DNA of 49,843 bases, filler included, from Basidiobolus ranarum (lineage: Eukaryota), in NCBI GenBank assembly GCA_040143965.1. It is 2 parts of 2 records of this genome, joined end to end, with 100 filler letters (N's around TTAATTAATTAA, not from the genome) between each part and the next. Parts side by side here need not be neighbours in the genome. Positions count along the whole stretch, not along the records: positions 25,003 to 49,843 come from JASJQH010007022.1; 1 more part is not named here. One strand, 5' to 3'. Below, in pieces: positions 42,279 through 49,843 of the stretch. Below the pieces are notes generated by a model. It searched no databases. It saw only the letters and a list, made by a program, of their open reading frames with translations, and was not told the DNA's origin. Position numbers and translations under genes: made by a program. Position 1 is the first letter of the stretch. Each line of letters begins with the position of its first letter.

Positions 42279-44736
42279 ATGTCTGTTGTTGGTACGTTTA
42301 CTTTTCCTAACAAATACTTTCCCCATTTAAACTTGTTTACTAACCCCATCCATAGGTATTGATTTCGGTTCTCTTCAATCTATTATCGCTGTTGCTAGAA
42401 ACAGAGGTATTGACATTGTCTGTAATGAAGTGTCAAACAGAGTGACTCCGTAAGTAATTCCCCTGGTCCACGTGTTGGTTCTAAGTCATAATAACTAACT
42501 TCAATGTTTCCTTAGTTCTTTGATTTCTTTCGGTCCTAAGCAAAGATTCCTCGGTGAGGCCGCTAAGACCCAAGAAGTTTCCAACTTCAAGAACACCGTT
42601 GGCTCCCTTAAGCGTTTAGCCGGTAGAGCTTTCGATGACAAAGAAATTCAAGAGATCGAATCCAAATTCATCAACGCTCAGCTTGTCGACGTCGATGGTC
42701 AAGTTGGTGTTAAAGTTAGATATGGCGAATCTGAGACCTCTTTCTCTGCCACTCAACTTGTTGCCATGTACTTGGGTAAATTAAGAGATATTGCTGCCGC
42801 TGAACTTAAATCTCCCGTCTCCGATGTTGTTATCTCTGTACCCGCATGGTTCACTGATTCTCAAAGAAAAAGTATTCTTGATGCTTCCGAGATTGCTGGT
42901 CTTAACTGCCTTCGTCTTATTAATGATACCACCGCCGCTGCTTTCGGTTATGGTATTACCAAGACTGATCTCCCCGAAGATAAGCCTCGTCATGTTGTCT
43001 TCGCTGATTGTGGTTATTCCTCTTTCACCGTCGCCGTCGTTGCCTTCAAGAAGGGACAATTGACTGTCAAGTCTGTCGCTTTTGATCGTCACTTTGGTGG
43101 TAGATACATTGACGAAGTATTGGTTAACCATTTCGCCGAACAATTCAAAGAGAAGTACAAGATTGATGTCAAGTCCAACCCTAAGGCACTTTTCCGTCTT
43201 CGTGCTGGTTGCGAGAAGCTTAAGAAGGTCTTATCCGCTAATACTCAAGCTCCTTTGAACGTTGAATCTATCATGAATGATATTGATGTTTCTGCCTTGA
43301 TGACCAGAGACGAATTCGAAGAACTTTGCCACGATATGTTGACTCGTATGGAGGATACCCTTAACAGAGCTTTGAAGGATTCTGGCTTAACTGTTGAGGA
43401 GATTGACACCATCGAAATGGTCGGTGGATCCACTCGTATTCCTGCTTTCAAGGAACGTCTCAGCAAGTTCTTCGGAAAGGAAATCAGTTTCACTCTTAAC
43501 CAAGATGAAGCCGTTGCCAGAGGTTGTGCTCTTCAATGCGCTGTTCTCTCACCTGTCTTCAAGGTTCGTGAATTCTCAGTTCAAGATGTTACCAGCTACC
43601 CCGTTAAGTTCACTTGGACCGCTTCTGACTCTGGTGCTGAATCTCAACTCGAAGTATTCAGCCACAACAACCCTGTTCCCAGCACCAAGGTTCTCACTTT
43701 CTACAGAAAGGATAGCTTTGACGTTGAGGCTTACTACTCCAACCCCGAGCTTTTGCCTCCTGGTGTCAACCCTTGGATCGGTAAGTACAGCATTAAGAAT
43801 GTTGTCCCCACTGCCGATGGTGAGCTCTCCACTGTAAAGGTTAAGGCTCGTCTTAACGTTCACGGTATCGTTAGCGTTGAAGGTGCTTACATCGCTGAAG
43901 AGATCATCAAGGAAGAGGAGGAGGAACCCACTCCTATGGAGACTGATGGTGAGAAGAAGGAAGAGGAGACCACCGAGGCCCCTGCTCCCAAGAAGGTCAA
44001 GAAGATCATCAAGAAGACTGAACTTCCAGTTGTCGGTGGTAACACCAATACTGACAAATCAGTAGTTAACAAGCTCAGAGAGCTTGAGAACGAAATGTAC
44101 GCAGCTGATAAATTGGTCGCTGATACCGAAGAACGTAAGAATGCTTTGGAAGAGTATGTTTACGATACTCGTAGTAAATTGGAATCCAAGTTCAAGGATT
44201 TCGTTGTTCCTGATGTCAAGGAAAGCTTCTCCAAGCAACTTTACGACACTGAAGACTGGCTTTATGATGAAGGTGAAGATGCCACTAAGAGTGTTTATGT
44301 TAACAAGCTTAACGAGTTGAAGGTCATCGGTGACCCAATTGCTCGTCGTTGCAGAGAATACGAGGAACGTCCTAGATCTGCTCGTAGTCTTCGTGAGACC
44401 ATCGAGAAATACGCCATTGAAGTTACCAGCAATGATCCTCGTTATGAACATATTCCCGAGGAGGAGAAGAAGTCCATCATTGACCGTTGCGAAAAGGTTC
44501 AAGCATGGCTCGCCGAGAAGATGGATCAACAAAGCGTCCTCACCAAAGTACAAGATCCCATTGTTACTTCTCAAGAAATCCTTAAGGAAAGAGATTCCTT
44601 GATCAACTTTGCCACTCCTATCCTCAACAAGCCTAAGCCCAAGGTCGAGCCACCCAAGGAGGAAGCCCCTGCCCCAGCACCCGAGAAGGCCGAAGACAAA
44701 CCTAAGGCTGACACACCCGAAATGGAGATTGATTAA
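42279..44736 (+). CDS. SSE1: Hsp110 / Sse1 (Hsp70-family nucleotide-exchange chaperone)
   Basis: Exons 42279-42291, 42356-42449, 42516-44736 give MSVVGIDFG...[18 protein letters not shown]. Also [41 protein letters not shown]-terminal MEID. Strong codon bias. Confidence 0.97.
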
Positions 44737-45161
44737 ATCCTAATCCAAACATCACATCGACATCGGGACTTCTTGCTTAGTATGATTTCATACTAGCACC
44801 AAATCATTCAACGAATCTGTTTTTCTTATAGTTTCTTTACGTTACGTTTCTTAAATGGACCTACACTCATTTATCGCCGACTTTATTATTAGAATTGTAA
44901 TCATTCCAACATTTCGACATTTCTTTGGCTACGCTCCTCATCACATGTGTTCTGTTAATAAAAAACCTACTCATCCATTGTGATCTTATTTGGTGTCTTC
45001 CAATCCTATTTATGCTTTTCCCTTCTAAAGAAACTTCTTGGAATGTTTCGTAGTCATACGTCATCAGATAATTGATTTAGTTTCTATATAATCTTCATTC
45101 ATCCATGATTGAACCTCTACACACTCACACTCACCGCGCTCTTATCCGTTTGAATCCGAAA

Positions 45162-45332
45162 ATGAACCGTGGTCCGATTGTTTTGACTATTGATGAAGTA
45201 GAATATTTACTAGATCAAGTACCACGACCAGATGCCGATGAAGAACAACTAGTGACGAAATTACGGGAGAAATTAGAGATATTATTAAGTGAATTACGTA
45301 AAAACGCCGAAGGATATTCTACTAAAGACTAA
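45162..45332 (+). CDS. Small (56 aa) helical protein of unknown function
   Basis: ATG in aaaATG context. MNRGPIVLTIDEVEYLLDQVPRPDADEEQLVTKLREKLEILLSELRKNAEG has amphipathic helix periodicity. AATAAA follows the stop. An upstream in-frame ATG lies at 45105. Confidence 0.65.
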   Translation: MNRGPIVLTIDEVEYLLDQVPRPDADEEQLVTKLREKLEILLSELRKNAEGYSTKD

Positions 45333-45468
45333 GACCCAAATAAATGCTTTATATAAACCATTCTACAAAACAAAAAACCAGAGGAAGAGGTATGTAATTA
45401 AGGAAGGAAAGTTGGAGTGGACTATTTATAGTTTCCAGAGAGAAGAAGGGAAATAAGTATTCTCTTTC

Positions 45469-45963
45469 TTAGACGATTTGTTGTGAGGGATAGGTATGAG
45501 TTTTCCCCATTTTAGGTACAAAGTGCTTTAGTGTACGTACTATTCGATTAAACCACAATCTTAAACGTGCTTTCCTTCTTCTACGTCCTATCATGGATAC
45601 TGAATCGTCCAAATCTTTACTAAAGTATTGTTGAGGATTTGGTAAGTCCTCTAAACTGTGGATGGAGGGAGGTCGAAAGGTTCTGTTTTCCGTTGAATGT
45701 AGCATCTCCTCTTTATCACTGAAAGAACTTTGTAAACTAACATATTGAACTACTCTAGCTCGTTTGGATTCTTTAGCGGGTGGCATCTAAATGAAGTTAA
45801 AAGTGAGAAAAAAATGATTCCAAAAAAAAAACCAATTCCAAAATTCCCTTTCTACCTGGGTATTATGAGCCAATAAATTCTCTTGTGTTAATGGTATGGC
45901 TTTGGGTGGTTTCAACTTCTTGGAAGTATCAGAACGTTTGGTTAAAGATAGAAAATTGGGCAT
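45469..45963 (-). CDS. Hypothetical 141-aa basic protein (two exons)
   Basis: The ATG at 45786 is directly preceded by a TTAG acceptor. Upstream exon 45963-45856 (MPNFLSLTKRSDTSKKLKPPKAIPLTQENLLAHNTQ, donor GTAGAA) joins in phase 0. Confidence 0.55.
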
Positions 45964-46483
45964 CTTGTTTGGTAGTTAATCTATTATAAAGTCGTTTATG
46001 AACCTAAACATATCCGCTTAATTGAAGATATCATGATTAAACTAAGGTTTCTCTACACATACCTGTACAGGAATTATAGAAGTAAGAGTCGGGTGTATAC
46101 AACAGCAAAGAGCAATAATGGGAGTATAAGGACAGAAAATACCCCATAAACTAAAGAAATTCTACGTCCAAGAGAATGGCTATAAACAAGAAAGACAAAG
46201 TGGTTCCAATAGTTCCTCAAAAGAATATATTGAGGGGCGGAAGAAATATCCAGTACCAGTATTGCATCGGAGTAGATCAAGTGTGAACTAACTGGTAACA
46301 TTAACCTGTGGTAATGTGTTACGAACGAGTATTTCGCATATTAAAATCAGTCTATATTGGGCTCTGTCCAGAAATATTCTTGAACTCTTCCTCACTTGCC
46401 ACGCCATACATCACATACTGCCCATTTCTACGCCCTCTATTTGCAGAATGCACGTGGTTAGAGCTGAAATAATCTTGATGCAA

Positions 46484-46557
46484 TGCAATTCAATAACACA
46501 ATCTCAATCTCAACCTCTGCAATTCAATAACACAATATCAATCTCAGTCTCAACCTC
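46484..46557. repeat. Tandem duplication of about 34-40 bp
   Basis: tgcaattcaataacacaatctcaatctcaacctc followed by tgcaattcaataacacaatatcaatctcagtctcaacctc. Confidence 0.8.
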
Positions 46558-46659
46558 GATCTCACTGGTTGCCCCATCTCTGCACAAAAAAATTTACCCC
46601 TATGTGGCTTGTACGGTACTTGCACAGCGCATTACCAGAAATCAACAATAACATATGGA

Positions 46660-46697
46660 TTGGTGCTGTACGGGTTGGTGCTGTACGGGTTGGTGCT
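46660..46697. repeat. 15-bp tandem repeat x2.5 just downstream of the DUF1853-like stop codon
   Basis: ttggtgctgtacggg ttggtgctgtacggg ttggtgct. Confidence 0.85.
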
Positions 46698-46724
46698 TCT
46701 TTTATCACAAAAGAAAATAAGAAA

Positions 46725-48164
46725 CTAAACAAAAGGCCATTCATCTCCAACAACAAATCCACGTGATACCTCGACCCAACTGCCCACCCATTGAGTATCA
46801 CTAGTTAGTTTACTACTCATGTCCAACATGAGATCACGTGACTCGTATTTGACATGAACCAACATAATGGATAAGCGAGTTGCGGAGAAATGTTGTTGAA
46901 GCATATCAAATGCCTTATCGGGGGTCACTAGTTCTATTGGACTCTCAAGTATGTGAGGGTGCGAGCAGAGAGGTGATGGTGGTTCACCCAAGGCAACGGT
47001 GCTATATGGCTCATCGACGAATATCCGTAATGGTCCCATGTAGTCATGCTTTGGGAGGAAAGCAATGAGATGACCACTAGGGATACACAACGATGGGTTG
47101 TCATTGATATGGGTCCATTTGAACTGGTGTGCCCATCCTTTCCAATGCTTAGAGTTCAGTTGGAATTGCCAGGACTCGGAAAGCTCAGGTGGGACGTTCA
47201 TCAAATTTTGGTCGCACCACATGGAATAGGGGTAGAAAAGACACCCTTTGACAAAGATTTCACTGTGCGTGGGTAGTGGGATATTGCCATGAAGTAAACT
47301 CTCTTTAGCTGAAGGATGTGTAGCAAGAATACAGGATGCACTAAAGCATTGTCGTGCTTTCCTTTCTAACGTATCACCTACAAGGGAATTAGTTTATTTT
47401 CAAACCAAGTGACATGGTTCCCCCACACTTACTTGATTTAGGTCCTTTGAACGAGTTTAACTGCAACTGACTTAACTCTTCGATTCTCTGACAGGAGCCC
47501 AACGTTTTCGCATCAAAGATGTAGTATTTGATGGCCACTTCCCAATGGGTGGCCCGAGTTGTTCCACCCTCATCTTCACATACTTCCTCAAAAACCAAAT
47601 CTAAATCCCCAATAGTTCTTCTGGTATTGGTCTTCTTCACCTTCTTATTGCCTTTCTTATACCCAGCAAAAGGTAACTCGGAAAGTGGTACCACCTCTGC
47701 TTCTATCACAGGAGGAGTATCGAACAATTGAACACAACTCCACACCGAACCTATCACCACTCTTTCACGTAACCAGAACTCCACCAACATAGCAAAGTAA
47801 CTTCCTAACCTATGAATAGCTTTCTGTTGACTCAAAAAAGTGTACACTGGAGTGGGATCTTCATCGAGGTCTAGATAGGTTCTTTTAAGAGTAAGAGAAA
47901 GCTCTGAATTACAACCCCAAAGGGTTCAAGAGTTTTTCTTACCTTCTAACCAACTTCTTGACCTTTCGTATAGTTTTAAGCTCCATTGATGGTTTACGAA
48001 ACCATGAGTACCTTGAAGGAAATCTTGAAAGAAAGGCTCTTCAGTTAAAACCCTGAAGCATTAATCTTAGTATATAGAAAAGTGTTCTTTGAAAAGAGAG
48101 AAACAAGGTACCAAGTTAAGTGTCTGACTACTTTATGTCTATAAATTCTACTTGTATGATGCAT
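46725..48164 (-). CDS. DUF1853-like protein (predicted PD-(D/E)XK nuclease fold), four exons
   Basis: Exons 48164-48112, 48052-47943, 47870-47433, 47377-46725, all GT-AG and frame-consistent. Motifs VRHLTWVL, WLEDLDEDP, RLGSYFAML..FWL, TIGDLDL, HWEVAIKYY, GP..SDTL..K, KGCLFYP, LN..HWKGW, EVSRGFVV..WP. Confidence 0.8.
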
Positions 48165-48999
48165 GATATTTCATATCAATTAACAAGTAAAACTACCTTT
48201 ATATCACTTCCATTCCCTTTTCTAGTTGGATTGAAAATTGATGTCCCAATTTCGTTCACTGGAAATTTTCATCATTACCTAATATAAATGCTAATTTGTT
48301 TGGCGAATGTTTGAAGAGGTCGTGATAGGATATTTTTTCACCGAATTAAAATCTATGATGTTTATCTCGTTTAGGAAGTCAGGTAAATGGTTGAATCATT
48401 TAAGATAGTAAGTTGTCCCAGTGGTTATATATCTTGGTATACCTACTTGAGATGCATAGCACATGTAATATGAGGGATTCTCTCATAGTTGGACCTCCAC
48501 AATATCTTATATCCTGAAGTCATGTTAGGTTTCATTTATTTCTGGAGATTAAAAACCACATTGCAGAGTATTAGACAAATGTATAAAGCTGTAAAGTTGA
48601 AGAAACAATTTATACTTGTATTTACATTATGAAATATTCAGTCTCTGAAGCAAGTACACCAAGAATATTTCATAGTATATAGTCTCAGAGTACAACTCCA
48701 GAAGATCTCAGTATGACTTCCTCTTTTGCTAGCAAAATAACACTCCAAAGAGTTACCATATATTTTGAGTCAATTTGGTAATATCTTTCAAGTTCATAAA
48801 TATACAAATGATGACAACTCCTTCCTCCAATCCCAAATTCCATAAATCAACTATGGGCCCCATATATTTACTCTAGAGAAATAACCAAAATCTTTGCAAT
48901 AACCTACACTTGGGCTTAGCCCTTAAGATCTCAAATGATAGAAATACATATTTCTAGAACTTAGATACAGATGTGTTGAAATTAGCTTTGCCTAAGCAC

Positions 49000-49740
49000 C
49001 TATATGATATATTGATTCAGGAGCCTCCCAACATTTCATTGATGAAAATATTGGCTTGTGGATTATGAAGAGATCCCAATTAGAAAGGTTTTCATAAGAG
49101 ATGACTGCCCATTGGATGCTATTGGAATGGAAACAATTCAAGTTAATTTGACTGGAGCTTCTGTAGAGAAAGTTATACTTTTAAGAATGTACTACATGCT
49201 ACAGATATTGGCAAGAATTCAATATCCATATGCAAGGCCATCTCAGAAGGGCAAAAAAATAATTTTGATAAGTCAAGATGCACCATCACTGATCACAATG
49301 GGAATTATTCAGCTTCTAGAGAAAAGGGTCAGAACTTATATAAACTTACACATATATATGATCAAATTTATTGATGATGATACAATACACACTTGGGTCC
49401 ACTCTCTATTTTTAGAGATTTTAAAACACTTGTTGAGACTGAAACTGGAACTAAAATAAAAAAAATACATGCTGTTGATGTGGGAGAATATATTTCAACA
49501 TTATTTACACACCTTTGCAAAGTTCATGGAGTTAAGCAAGAAACTACTGCCCCCTATTCACCTTTACAAAATAGAGTTGCTGCAAGAGCTAACAGGACTA
49601 TAATAGCAATGGCAAGGTCTATGATAAGTGCACAGAATTTATCTCATAACTTTTGGGTGGAATCTGCAGCTACAGCTGTATATCTGAAGCATAGGAATTC
49701 TACTAGAAGTCTGTCTAAGTCTGCACCATATCCAGCTGTC
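49000..49740 (+). mobile_element. Degenerate Ty1/copia LTR-retrotransposon pol fragment (protease, pre-integrase region, integrase core)
   Basis: *YIDSGASQHF (49005-49037), VLHATDIGKNSISI, FDKSRCTI, NLYKL, FIDD, KIKKIHAVDVGEY, TAPYSPLQNRVAARANRTI..MARSM, FWVESAATAVYL, in protease-then-integrase (copia) order. Frameshifts and stops present. Boundaries approximate. Confidence 0.88.
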
Positions 49741-49843
49741 ATGATTCTGATCTCGGCATACTGATCCACTGCATATGGAACTCTTCTATTATTAGATTAT
49801 GACATCATATCTACTGTGCCATCCCTTCTTGGCAATCTGGTGT

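Noticed and set aside
42781-44602. Several long antisense and alternate-frame ORFs overlapping Hsp110
   Set aside because: Expected by-product of strong codon bias in a highly expressed gene. No protein-like motifs.
46074-46801. Short ORFs 46074..46301, 46316..46651, 46562..46801 and 46569..46766
   Set aside because: They overlap simple repeats or the DUF1853-like 3' end, mostly use non-ATG starts, and show no domain signal.
49058-49764. ORFs 49058..49459 and 49393..49764 as functional genes
   Set aside because: Frameshifted fragments of copia pol with decayed integrase catalytic motifs.

Overview
Gene-dense, intron-rich eukaryotic DNA with short GT-AG introns of about 50-100 nt. The gene set and intron style point to a fungus, probably an early-diverging lineage (inference, not verifiable here). 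In order it holds the 3' end of a 1-Cys peroxiredoxin, a Mam3/CNNM DUF21-CBS protein, INO80, a HAD hydrolase, PHS1, Syp1/FCHo, Rrn7/TAF1B, a TPR-metallo-beta-lactamase fusion, SF3A2/Prp11, and a formin N-terminus cut off by an artificial 100-bp N-gap with a six-frame-stop linker. After the gap come a Sec7 Arf-GEF, an orphan single-pass membrane protein, GPI13/PIG-O, CLASP/Stu1, Hsp110/Sse1, two small unknown genes, an intact three-intron DUF1853-like gene and a decayed Ty1/copia remnant. The most notable signals are (1) the spliced DUF1853-like PD-(D/E)XK gene from a mostly bacterial family, a candidate domesticated horizontal transfer, (2) about 1.38 kb with no CpG over the copia remnant, suggesting methylation-driven decay, (3) a Sec7 domain apparently inserted inside a split PH domain, and (4) the TPR-MBL fusion. 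I found no multi-gene novel system. Gene models were spliced by hand and family calls come from motif recognition, not database searches.
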